Shown here: positions 1 through 8,763 of the stretch, in pieces
How positions within the stretch are numbered: the first letter of the stretch is position 1
Layout: each line of letters starts with the position of its first letter
NCBI GenBank assembly: GCA_964518675.1
Contig: CAZFGQ010000008.1
Location: 2,365 to 66,364, forward strand
DNA: 64,000 nucleotides
Source: an uncultured Spirochaetota bacterium
Lineage (GTDB): Bacteria > Spirochaetota > B62-G9 > CAZFGQ01
Direction of reading: 5' to 3'
Made by a program: the position numbers and the translations under genes
The notes under the pieces: model-generated
What the model saw: the letters and a program-made list of their open reading frames with translations, nothing else
Told to the model about the DNA's origin: nothing
Databases searched by the model: none

Positions 1-182
1 CTGTCGGTCAGCTACCAATCAGAGAATTCTATGAAAGGGTTAAGGAGACAAAAGCAAAGATCGGTATATGCTTTACAAGCTCAGAATACACAGAAGAGGC
101 ATACCAGTTCGCTGAAGGCAGAGCAATAGAGCTCAAAGGCAAAGAAGAACTGCTTAAATTATTAAATAAGGTGAGCAAATAA
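1..182 (+). CDS. C-terminal fragment of a restriction-endonuclease-like (Mrr_cat-type) protein, truncated by the window edge
   Basis: Frame 3 translates without stops to ...KIGICFTSSEYTEEAYQFAEGRAIELKGKEELLKLLNKVSK*. This resembles the C-terminus of the Mrr catalytic domain (…TTSSF..A..FAE...IELIDG.EL..LL). The stop is at 180-182, and the CDS abuts the 3' end of mutS. Confidence 0.4.
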   Translation, partial: VGQLPIREFYERVKETKAKIGICFTSSEYTEEAYQFAEGRAIELKGKEELLKLLNKVSK

Positions 183-2849
183 TCATGATTCAAGGCTTTT
201 TTTAAGTTTTTCGAGTATATTAAGAGCCTGTATCGGTGTAATCATATTAATATCTATGTCTTTCAATTCATTTATAAGGATCTCAAAAGGAGATGGAAAA
301 AGTTCAAGCTGAGCCTTCTCTTTTTCAGAATTATCCGACCATTCATTCTCCGAAGATTCAATACTCCTTCTCCCACTTTTTCTACCATCCCCAAGAATGA
401 GGGGCATCGTATCTCCATAGTTTTTCTCTAGCTGATGAAGAATATACCTCGCACGCGATATAATTTCATAGGGTAATCCAGCCATCTTGGCCACTTCAAT
501 GCCATAGCTCCTTGAAGCCCTACCCGGCTCTACCTTTCTAAGAAATATTATCTGATTATTCCATTCCCTAACACTGGCATTATAATTTACAATACCGTAT
601 CTCTCTCCAAGGGCAGTAACCTCATGGTAGTGAGTAGCAAAAAGAACCTTTGTACCCCTGAATCTATCCTCAAGCAGGTATTCAATAACAGACCAGGCAA
701 TTGATAAACCATCATAAGTTGAAGTTCCTCTCCCTATTTCATCCATAATAACAAAACTTCTTGGAGTCGCATAATGCAGAATTCTTGAAGTTTCTATCAT
801 CTCAACGAGAAAAGTAGATTGACCCTTCACAAGTCTGTCACTCATTCCTATTCTTGAAAAAATCCTATCCGTAATCCCTATCTTAGCATATTCAGCAGGC
901 ACATAGCTACCCATATGTGCCATTATAATTATCAAAGCTGACTGTCTCAAAAAAGTCGATTTACCCGACATATTTGGTCCGGTAAGTATCATTATTCTCC
1001 TGTCAGTATCATTAAGATAGAGATCATTGGCAATAAAACTCTCAACACCAATTTTCTCCAGTACCGGATGCCGTCCCCCCTTTATCTCAATAATATTTTC
1101 TTCACATAGCTCAGGCCTGGTATATCTGTTCTCAAGAGCAACCTTTGCAAAGGAATGAGCAACATCCACAGTTGCCACAAAAATGGCAACCATATAGATA
1201 CTGTCTCTGTCTTCCAGTACCTTTCTACACAAATCCATAAATATCTCATACTCTTTTTCATTTGCTTTTTCATGAGACTCAAGAAGCAATGTTTGTCTCT
1301 GTTCAAGCTCTTCTGTGGTAAATCTTTCCGAGCTCACGAGAGTTTGTTTTCTGATAAACCACTCAGGAACCAGGTGAAGGTTGGGTTTTGTAATCTCTAT
1401 ATAATACCCTATAATCCTATTGTATTTAACCTTAAGAGACGAAATCCCGAGTTCATTCTGAAGCTTTCCCTGGTATTCAACAAGCCATTGCCGCATCTCC
1501 TCTCCCATATTTCTGAGATGGTCAAGCTCATCGTCAACACCATCCCTTATAATTCCACCCTCTCTAACAGTATGAGGAGGCTCATCCACCAAGGTGTTTT
1601 CTATCGTATCGATGATCTCACCAAAGCCTTTTATTTTATCAAGCTCAATTTTGAATGGAGCAAACTCCAATAAAACACCTCTAATTTGCTCAAACCTTTT
1701 AAGGGATTCTTTGAGCCCAAGCAGATCCCTTGCATTCGCTTTATTTACAGAAAGCTTTGAAAGAATCCTTTCTATATCAAGAATTCCGCTCAGATATTTT
1801 TCGATTTTTTCAAGCAGTCCCGGGTTTTTATAAAACAAATCAACCATTTCAAGTCTTTTATTTATTTGAGAAATATCCGTAGAAGGATTGTTGATATATT
1901 TCCTGAGGAGTCTTTCACCCATTCCCGTTTTTGTTTTATCAAGAATATCAAACAGCGTATTACTCTTCCCTCCATCGGTTTGATTAACCACCAATTCAAG
2001 ATGAAGCTTTGTGGCTGAATCTATTAACATGGATTTGCTTCTGTCTCTTCTCCTTATCCAGCCTATATGGACTAACTGTTTTTTGAGGTTTTCCTTAACA
2101 TAACCCAGCAGAGCACCAGCTGCACATATCTCTGTCTCACCCTTAAGTTCGAGAACATCAAGAGTCACCACAGAATAATGCTTCAGAAGATTCTCCCGGG
2201 CTCTGTAAGGTTCAAAATAAATACTGTCAAGAGCTCTAAATACCACACCATCATGAAGCTTTCTAATATCAGCTACTATATCTTTGAACCAATCATTTTC
2301 TTCATACTCCTCAGGATACAACACCTCCTTTATACAATTCTCCTCGATCTCGTTGAGTATCCCATCCGTTAAATCCTGATCGGTTATACTGCTTATAAAA
2401 AACTCTCCTGTTGAAACATCCATACTTGCGCACACAGCACCCCTATAAGCTTTTTTATACTCAAACAGAAGTACCCCGATTGAATTATTCAATTCATCCT
2501 GAAGATAGGTAGAATCAACTATTATACCCGGCGAAAGAACCTCAACCACATCTCTCTTTACAATACCCTTTGCAAGTTTCGGATCTTCCTGTTGCTCGCA
2601 TATGGCAATCTTCTTACCATTGCGAAGAAGTTTTGATATGTAGCTCTGGGCAGCGTGATGGGGAAACCCACACATAGGAACGTTATTTCGCTTTGTCAGT
2701 GTAATATGTAAAATCTCTGAAGCTTCTCTGGCATCACTTTCGAACATCTCATAGAAATCACCAAGCCTGAAGAGAAGTATGGAATCAGCGTACTTTGATT
2801 TTAACCTGTAATACTGCTTCATCATCGGGGTAAGTTTGCTATTCTTCAT
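183..2849 (-). CDS. mutS: DNA mismatch repair protein MutS (MutS1 type)
   Basis: 888 aa. N-terminal TPMMKQYYRLK...GDFYEMF carries the Phe-x-Glu mismatch motif. Walker A GPNMSGKST and the typical MutS ATPase and HTH regions are present. Confidence 0.95.
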   Translation of the reverse strand: MKNSKLTPMMKQYYRLKSKYADSILLFRLGDFYEMFESDAREASEILHITLTKRNNVPMCGFPHHAAQSYISKLLRNGKKIAICEQQEDPKLAKGIVKRDVVEVLSPGIIVDSTYLQDELNNSIGVLLFEYKKAYRGAVCASMDVSTGEFFISSITDQDLTDGILNEIEENCIKEVLYPEEYEENDWFKDIVADIRKLHDGVVFRALDSIYFEPYRARENLLKHYSVVTLDVLELKGETEICAAGALLGYVKENLKKQLVHIGWIRRRDRSKSMLIDSATKLHLELVVNQTDGGKSNTLFDILDKTKTGMGERLLRKYINNPSTDISQINKRLEMVDLFYKNPGLLEKIEKYLSGILDIERILSKLSVNKANARDLLGLKESLKRFEQIRGVLLEFAPFKIELDKIKGFGEIIDTIENTLVDEPPHTVREGGIIRDGVDDELDHLRNMGEEMRQWLVEYQGKLQNELGISSLKVKYNRIIGYYIEITKPNLHLVPEWFIRKQTLVSSERFTTEELEQRQTLLLESHEKANEKEYEIFMDLCRKVLEDRDSIYMVAIFVATVDVAHSFAKVALENRYTRPELCEENIIEIKGGRHPVLEKIGVESFIANDLYLNDTDRRIMILTGPNMSGKSTFLRQSALIIIMAHMGSYVPAEYAKIGITDRIFSRIGMSDRLVKGQSTFLVEMIETSRILHYATPRSFVIMDEIGRGTSTYDGLSIAWSVIEYLLEDRFRGTKVLFATHYHEVTALGERYGIVNYNASVREWNNQIIFLRKVEPGRASRSYGIEVAKMAGLPYEIISRARYILHQLEKNYGDTMPLILGDGRKSGRRSIESSENEWSDNSEKEKAQLELFPSPFEILINELKDIDINMITPIQALNILEKLKKSLES

Positions 2850-2986
2850 ACAAAGAAATATCCCTCTAAAAAATCCTTTATTATGATATAAACATGCGGG
2901 TTTACCGGAGTTGAATAATTACAGTATTTTCTCCTACGCTACATCCAGGTATTTGTATCAAAATATGGTTTAATAGCCGGGCTGGC

Positions 2987-4342
2987 TTACTTTCCAATAA
3001 TAAAACCTGAGTACCCCTTATTATTAAGGGTAGCAAGCTCTCTCTCAGCCTCACCTCTCGAGCTGAAATATCCAATTCGTACCCTTATCACTGTTTCACC
3101 GTTGATAATGGCAGTTACAATAATTGGATTATAACCCATCCTCTTAAGTTTCTCTGCTAACTTATTCGCATTTTCTTCATTTTTAAAGGAGCCAAGCTGA
3201 ATCATAAACCCCGATTCGACTTTCCCCATATCTTCTGATGTCGGTTTATCAGTGTTCTCAATCCCGATCTTACCCTCAAGTTTTTCAAGAAAGCTTTTCT
3301 CAAATATGGAAGGATCGTAAATGGAGTCAAGTAATTCTACTGTTCCTTTATCACTGAGATCCTGACCGTAATCTTTCTTTAACTGATTTGCATATAAGGA
3401 ATTCGGATAGTCTGTGATTAAAACCCCGGCAACTTTGGAGGATAAGTCTTCTTTGCCACCGTTTTTGTACATCTCGAATAATCTATATAATGCTTCAATC
3501 CTTACATCCTCAAAATCCGACATTTTATATACTGTTAAAAGGAGCCTTTCTGCTTTATCCCTCTCCCCCTTTGCACTATAACACAGAGAAAGATCAATAT
3601 AATCCTTTAATAAATAATACCTGTATTCTGGAGTTCTACTTTCCAGAATAAGTATTATGGATTCTTTAAAATATTCCTCAGCTTTGCCCCATTTCTTATC
3701 CTTTACACTCAATATGCCCAAAAATCTCAGGGCAAACGGTGTAAAAATACTTCCGCCTTTCTTTTCATCTTCAATTATATCCCTTAAATAAATACCCGCT
3801 TCGTTATAATTCCTCGTAAGGTAAAGCTTTTCGGCAAGGTAAAATCTGGCACCATTTATAAGAGAAAAATCAGGGTATTCATCTATTAGACTTTTAAGCG
3901 CATTGATAGATATTCTGATATTAGATTGAAGTGATGCATATTTAAACATGAGAAATGGTGCCATAGCGGAGTTTTTAATCCTTTTATATGCAGTAATATA
4001 ATATCTCGCAGCTGCACCGTGATTATTCTCACTTTCATATTCTTTTGCCTTTTTCACATATCTTGCTATTCTGGAATCTTCTGGTACAACGTAGTTTTTA
4101 CCTTCAGGAAAGTAGACATCCATAATTTCGGCAGGAATCAGTGGCGAAACGGGTACTTTACCGCTTTTACTATTTACAATGATATCAAAGTTTGTTTCAG
4201 AGGTGCTATTCTGGGCATATCCTAAATAAAAACTCTCAAATAGAAACGTCAAAGCAAACAGAGTTATTAAAGCACATGTTCCTGCTTTTTTTAATAGTAT
4301 TGATGATCGTATACGCACCTTCTTTCTCAAATAAAGCTCCAA
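2987..4342 (-). CDS. TPR-repeat protein with C-terminal SPOR (peptidoglycan-binding) domain
   Basis: N-terminal signal/TM segment and TPR-like helical repeats. The C-terminus GFMIQLGSFKNEENANKLAEKLKRMGYNPIIV...IRVRIGYFSSRGEAERELATL matches the SPOR fold signature. Confidence 0.7.
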   Translation of the reverse strand: MELYLRKKVRIRSSILLKKAGTCALITLFALTFLFESFYLGYAQNSTSETNFDIIVNSKSGKVPVSPLIPAEIMDVYFPEGKNYVVPEDSRIARYVKKAKEYESENNHGAAARYYITAYKRIKNSAMAPFLMFKYASLQSNIRISINALKSLIDEYPDFSLINGARFYLAEKLYLTRNYNEAGIYLRDIIEDEKKGGSIFTPFALRFLGILSVKDKKWGKAEEYFKESIILILESRTPEYRYYLLKDYIDLSLCYSAKGERDKAERLLLTVYKMSDFEDVRIEALYRLFEMYKNGGKEDLSSKVAGVLITDYPNSLYANQLKKDYGQDLSDKGTVELLDSIYDPSIFEKSFLEKLEGKIGIENTDKPTSEDMGKVESGFMIQLGSFKNEENANKLAEKLKRMGYNPIIVTAIINGETVIRVRIGYFSSRGEAERELATLNNKGYSGFIIGK

Positions 4343-4343
4343 T

Positions 4344-5717
4344 TCAAGAGGTTCTGCAATGAACCTCGTTCTCTATTTTAAGACCAATTTCTTCTCCAAC
4401 CAGCGTATTACCCACAATACCGGTTACCTTTACTTCTATGAACTCACCGGGATTTTTATCCGTTGGTACAATCACCATTCTTCCATCTTCCATTTTACAG
4501 AGATACTCATTTTTATTTTTCTTACTTGTTCTCTCAACAAGGGCTTTTCCCCTTTTACCTATCTCCTCAACGTTCTTTTCATGGCTTATTTTCCTCTGCT
4601 CCTCTATTAATACCTCCAATCTCCTGGCAGCAACCGAAGGATCTACCTTTTCCTTAATTGAGGCAGCTTTTGTAAATGGCCTTTCAGAATACCTGTATGT
4701 AAATGCATCATCAAATTTCACCTCATGAATTATTTTAAGTGTTTCCTCAAAATCAACCTCTTCTTCACCCGGAAAACCCACTATAATATCCGTTGTTATT
4801 GAACACTCAGGTATACTATCCCTTATAAAATCCACAAGTTCCAGATACCTTTCTACCGTATATTTCCTGTTCATTAGCTTGAGTATTCTATTTGACCCGC
4901 TCTGGAGGGGAAGATGTATATGCCTGCATACCTTATCAAGAGAGGCAATCCTCTTTATCGATTCTTCTGCAAAATCCTTTGGGTGAGAAGTCAAAAACCT
5001 TATCCATTCAATTCCATCTATCTCATTTATCCTCGTCAGTAATTCAGCAAAAGAAATATCTCCGCTATCCTTTCCATAAGCATTAACATTCTGTCCTAGC
5101 AACTTGACTTCTACAACACCCCTTTCGGCCAATCTTTTAATTTCCTCTATAATCTCCCCACTTGGTCTGCTAATCTCTGGTCCTCTCAGGTATGGAACAA
5201 TACAATAAGAGCAGAAGTTGCTACAACCCCTTATTATGGGTACCCAGACACTGAAGTTCTCAGCCTCCCTATTTATCAAAGATTCACCACTTTTATCCAA
5301 TAATTTTTCCCTTGAAAAATCAATTCTAATTACAGGCTCTACCTTTTCACAGGCCTCCTCAACCAGATGCGGAATCTCACAGAAATAATAAGTCCCAGCA
5401 ACAACACTAACCTCCGGGAAGTTATCAACAATTCCTCTCCCTCTCTGTTGAGCCAGACACCCGGCAAGAACTATCACAGGTGGTGTTTCTGCATTTTCTT
5501 TTTTTCTCTTAACCAGATTTCTATAATACCCGAGCCTCCCATATATACGATTTTCAGCGTGCTCCCTAACAGCACAGGTATTTATAACCACCACATCTGC
5601 TTCAGCAGGATCAAAAACCTGCACATACCCTCGCCTATCAAAAGAGCGGGCAATATCCAGGGAATCAGATTTATTCATCTCACATCCATACGTTTCTATA
5701 TAGTACTTTTTCATCAT
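4344..5717 (-). CDS. miaB: MiaB-family tRNA methylthiotransferase (radical SAM MTTase + TRAM domain)
   Basis: YIETYGCEMNKSDS MTTase N-domain. Radical SAM cysteines CSNFCSYCIVP. C-terminal TRAM-like domain. Size is 457 aa. Confidence 0.8.
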   Translation of the reverse strand: MMKKYYIETYGCEMNKSDSLDIARSFDRRGYVQVFDPAEADVVVINTCAVREHAENRIYGRLGYYRNLVKRKKENAETPPVIVLAGCLAQQRGRGIVDNFPEVSVVAGTYYFCEIPHLVEEACEKVEPVIRIDFSREKLLDKSGESLINREAENFSVWVPIIRGCSNFCSYCIVPYLRGPEISRPSGEIIEEIKRLAERGVVEVKLLGQNVNAYGKDSGDISFAELLTRINEIDGIEWIRFLTSHPKDFAEESIKRIASLDKVCRHIHLPLQSGSNRILKLMNRKYTVERYLELVDFIRDSIPECSITTDIIVGFPGEEEVDFEETLKIIHEVKFDDAFTYRYSERPFTKAASIKEKVDPSVAARRLEVLIEEQRKISHEKNVEEIGKRGKALVERTSKKNKNEYLCKMEDGRMVIVPTDKNPGEFIEVKVTGIVGNTLVGEEIGLKIENEVHCRTS

Positions 5718-5913
5718 TTTCTCGGCCTAATTTTTCTCTAAAGATAATGTGAGTTTTATTCTAAATCCTCATATTTAAAATAACAATTTTATCATGATTT
5801 GACATTTAATACATGTTTTACCATTTCTCACTAGTATGCGATTCGGTTTAAAATATAGAAATGGAGGTTAAAAAAAGAGAAACAAAGGGCAAATAAGTAG
5901 ATAAGAGACAGAT

Positions 5914-6144
5914 TTAATAAAACGAAACATTCATTGAGCCACACATCGGACAGATTGGCTGGGGCCCCATTTCGTTATCATAATCAGGATAATCATTCCT
6001 CTCAGGGTAAATTTTCTCGGTCCACCGGAAGTCACAATCCTCACAGACGAATGTCCTGTTTATATAGCTTTCTTCTTCCTCGTCTTCAACAAAATCATCT
6101 AGTTCCTCATCTCCATCTATCTCATAATCATCTGTGAAGTACAT
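5914..6144 (-). CDS. small acidic protein with C-terminal CxxC...CxxC zinc ribbon, function unknown
   Basis: 76 aa with an Asp/Glu-rich N-terminus (DDYEIDGDEELDDFVEDEEEE). The motif CEDC...(25 aa)...CPMC is typical of a Zn-ribbon. An AAAGAGG-like SD lies upstream. The gene sits alone between miaB and capD. Confidence 0.45.
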   Translation of the reverse strand: MYFTDDYEIDGDEELDDFVEDEEEESYINRTFVCEDCDFRWTEKIYPERNDYPDYDNEMGPQPICPMCGSMNVSFY

Positions 6145-6242
6145 TGGAGCCTCTTTCAGGTAATATTATTTCTGTATATAAGACTAATATCTGAAATTGA
6201 TTTGTCAATATTTTTTGAGGATTTTGTCAAAAATATTTCCAC

Positions 6243-7703
6243 TTAAACGGTGGTCTCGAGGAATGCCCCTGAATGGATTTTAATGATCTCTTCCATCTCT
6301 CTCAATACCTCAATATCAGAGAGAATATAAACTTCTTTCTGAAGTCTCTTGATGAATCGGAGAATGTAATCTTCCTGTACATTTATTCTCTCAAGGTAAA
6401 TACCATTGTATTCGGATTTTATCACATCGGCTGTTTTATGAAACAGCTCCTCTTTCAGTTTTTCGCCATCTCTGATTCCGGTATAATCTATTTTTACATC
6501 AACTCCAGGAGTTAAACCGGAGAGTATAATTACATTGTAAGCAAGATCCACTATCCTGATTGGATCCCCCATCTGAAGTATGAAAATATCACCATTGCCC
6601 TTTCCACACCCAGCCTGGAGACAGAGCTCTGTTGCCTCATCTATCGTCATGAAAAAACGCTCCATTTCAGGAGATGTAACTGTAAGGTTCTCACCTCTTT
6701 GAATTTGCTCTTTAAAAATATTAAGCACACTCCCGTTTGACCCCAGGACATTCCCAAAACGAACACTTCTTGCCGAAAGACCTAATTTCGCATAGGCAGA
6801 AATAAGCAGTTCACAGATCCTCTTTGTTTTTCCCATAACTGAAACTGGATTAACTGCTTTATCAGTAGATATTCCCACAAATCTCTGTACTTTATTTTCA
6901 AGTGACAATCTCAAAAGATTGTATGTCCCTAATACATTATTTATAAAAGCGATCTTAATATGATTTTCCATTATAGGAACGTGTTTATACGCTGCAGCAT
7001 GAAAGACAATTTGAGGTTTTTGATTTATAAAAACTTCTTTTAAAATACGATAATCTTTTATATCAGTAACAGAAAAAACAACTTTTGTGTTCTTTCTTTT
7101 CTTTTCTATCTCCCTGTAAAGCCCAAAAATTCCACTTTCATTAAAATCAAGTGCTATAATAGCTTCCGGGTTATAATCAATTATCTTTTTCACCAGCACA
7201 CTTCCAATTGATCCACTCGCACCTGTGACAAGAACCCTTTTCCCCGAAATATACTCCCGGATTTCCTCTGTATTCACCTTCACCTCTTCACGATCGAGAA
7301 GGTCTGCGAGATCAAGATTTTTTATCTGATCAAATCTCACACTCCCCTCAATAATATCCATTGTTGATGGAACGATAAGTAGTTTAATCCTCTCTGCCTT
7401 ACACACCCTGACAATATCTCTCAGACACTCTTTTTCTATTGAGGGCATCGCAATAATTATTTCGCTTACTTTTAAAGTTGATATGGCATCCCTCAAAATA
7501 CCTCGGCCTCCAAGAACTCTTACACCCTCATATATCCTATTTTTCTTCTCATCATCATCGTCTATAAAACCCAGTACTTTTATCCCCTCTTCAGGATGGG
7601 CTTTTATTTCTCTTAGCACCTCTCTCCCGGCCTCTCCGGCACCGTAAATAAGTACATTTCTCATGTTTCGATGAACCTCCCTCGTCTTAATGATTATCGG
7701 CAA
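6243..7703 (-). CDS. CapD/WbpM-family polysaccharide biosynthesis protein (nucleotide-sugar 4,6-dehydratase/epimerase)
   Basis: Two Rossmann segments, IYGAGEAGREV and VTGASGSIGS. An extended SDR catalytic region YK in AYKHVPIME. The domain order is CapD-like. Confidence 0.8.
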   Translation of the reverse strand: MPIIIKTREVHRNMRNVLIYGAGEAGREVLREIKAHPEEGIKVLGFIDDDDEKKNRIYEGVRVLGGRGILRDAISTLKVSEIIIAMPSIEKECLRDIVRVCKAERIKLLIVPSTMDIIEGSVRFDQIKNLDLADLLDREEVKVNTEEIREYISGKRVLVTGASGSIGSVLVKKIIDYNPEAIIALDFNESGIFGLYREIEKKRKNTKVVFSVTDIKDYRILKEVFINQKPQIVFHAAAYKHVPIMENHIKIAFINNVLGTYNLLRLSLENKVQRFVGISTDKAVNPVSVMGKTKRICELLISAYAKLGLSARSVRFGNVLGSNGSVLNIFKEQIQRGENLTVTSPEMERFFMTIDEATELCLQAGCGKGNGDIFILQMGDPIRIVDLAYNVIILSGLTPGVDVKIDYTGIRDGEKLKEELFHKTADVIKSEYNGIYLERINVQEDYILRFIKRLQKEVYILSDIEVLREMEEIIKIHSGAFLETTV

Positions 7704-7821
7704 TGGTTTGATTCCATTAAAAGGTGAATTACAATGTATTTTTATGAATAGTCAGTTTGAATTATCTTATGAATTGATATCTTTATCACACAATCTTGAT
7801 AATTCATGAAGGCCTATTAAT

Positions 7822-8733
7822 ATGATTATCAGTGCAAGCAGGCGAACCGATATTCCGGGTTATTACTTTTTATGGTTTTTGAAAAGACTTGAAGAGGGGT
7901 ATCTCTACGTTAGAAATCCCTACTTCAAAAAACAGATTCACATGGTTGATCTTTCACCTGGAAAAATTGATTGCATCGTTTTCTGGACCAAATATCCCGC
8001 TCAGATGGTGGAAAATCTCCACACGTTTCTTGAATACAATATCCCATTTTACATACTCTTCACAATTACTCCCTACAATAGAACTATTGAAAAAAATATC
8101 CCAGAAAAAACTCAAATCATTAAAATGTTTAAATACCTCTCTGAAAAAATCGGAAAAGAAAAACTTATATGGAGATACGACCCCCTTATTCTATTCAGTA
8201 CCTTTAATGTGCAAAAGCATTCCGAGAGTTTTGAAAATATAGCGAGTGAACTCGAAGGCTATACAGAGAGATGTATTCTGGGTTTTTTAACCCTTTATAA
8301 AAAACTCGAAAAAAATCTCACACCACTCAATATTTCTCTGCCATCGGTAACTCAAAAGGCTGAAATTGCTCTGAATTTATCCAGGATCGCCTCGAAATAT
8401 GGAATAAAACTGCAAACATGCGCAGAAGATCTTTCCGGAACACCAGCCTCGCACCTAACTGGAAAGTGTATTGATGACAAACTATTAAAACGCATAACGC
8501 ACAAAAAAATCTCTTCTGAAAAAGATCGTGGCCAGAGGTCCTCATGTAAATGCATAAAAAGTATCGATATTGGTGCATATAATACATGTCCGGGTGGTTG
8601 CATTTATTGCTACGCGAATATCAACACAGAAATGGCCAAGAAAAATTTTAAAGCCCACAATCCGGGTACACCTATTCTCGATGGTAATTTTTATACCTTG
8701 ACAAACTTAACCAATAAAAATATTATGATGTGA
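7822..8733 (+). CDS. DUF1848 family protein (putative Fe-S, C-terminal Cys cluster)
   Basis: N-terminus MIISASRRTDIPGYY...IVFWTKYP matches the DUF1848 signature. The C-terminus has CKCIKSIDIGAYNTCPGGCIYCYA. It lies directly upstream of metG on the same strand. Confidence 0.55.
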   Translation: MIISASRRTDIPGYYFLWFLKRLEEGYLYVRNPYFKKQIHMVDLSPGKIDCIVFWTKYPAQMVENLHTFLEYNIPFYILFTITPYNRTIEKNIPEKTQIIKMFKYLSEKIGKEKLIWRYDPLILFSTFNVQKHSESFENIASELEGYTERCILGFLTLYKKLEKNLTPLNISLPSVTQKAEIALNLSRIASKYGIKLQTCAEDLSGTPASHLTGKCIDDKLLKRITHKKISSEKDRGQRSSCKCIKSIDIGAYNTCPGGCIYCYANINTEMAKKNFKAHNPGTPILDGNFYTLTNLTNKNIMM

Positions 8734-8763
8734 AGTTGAAAAGTAGAAAACGGAGGGAAAATA

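Noticed and set aside
1082-2372. Several 60-170 aa ORFs on the plus strand inside mutS (1082-1306, 1155-1673, 1594-1833, 2178-2372). Similar short ORFs lie inside or antisense to most long genes throughout the window, for example 13024-14075, 39169-40370 and 55817-56106.
   Set aside because: They are fully nested in or antisense to long, well-supported CDSs. They have low-complexity AT-codon translations, no SD and no recognisable motifs. They are typical shadow ORFs of an AT-rich genome.
5840-5875. A short stretch (gcgattcggtttaaaatatagaaatgg) resembling part of the dispersed repeat core.
   Set aside because: Only about 15-25 nt of partial similarity, with no flanking core or terminal blocks. 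It could be chance in AT-rich DNA.
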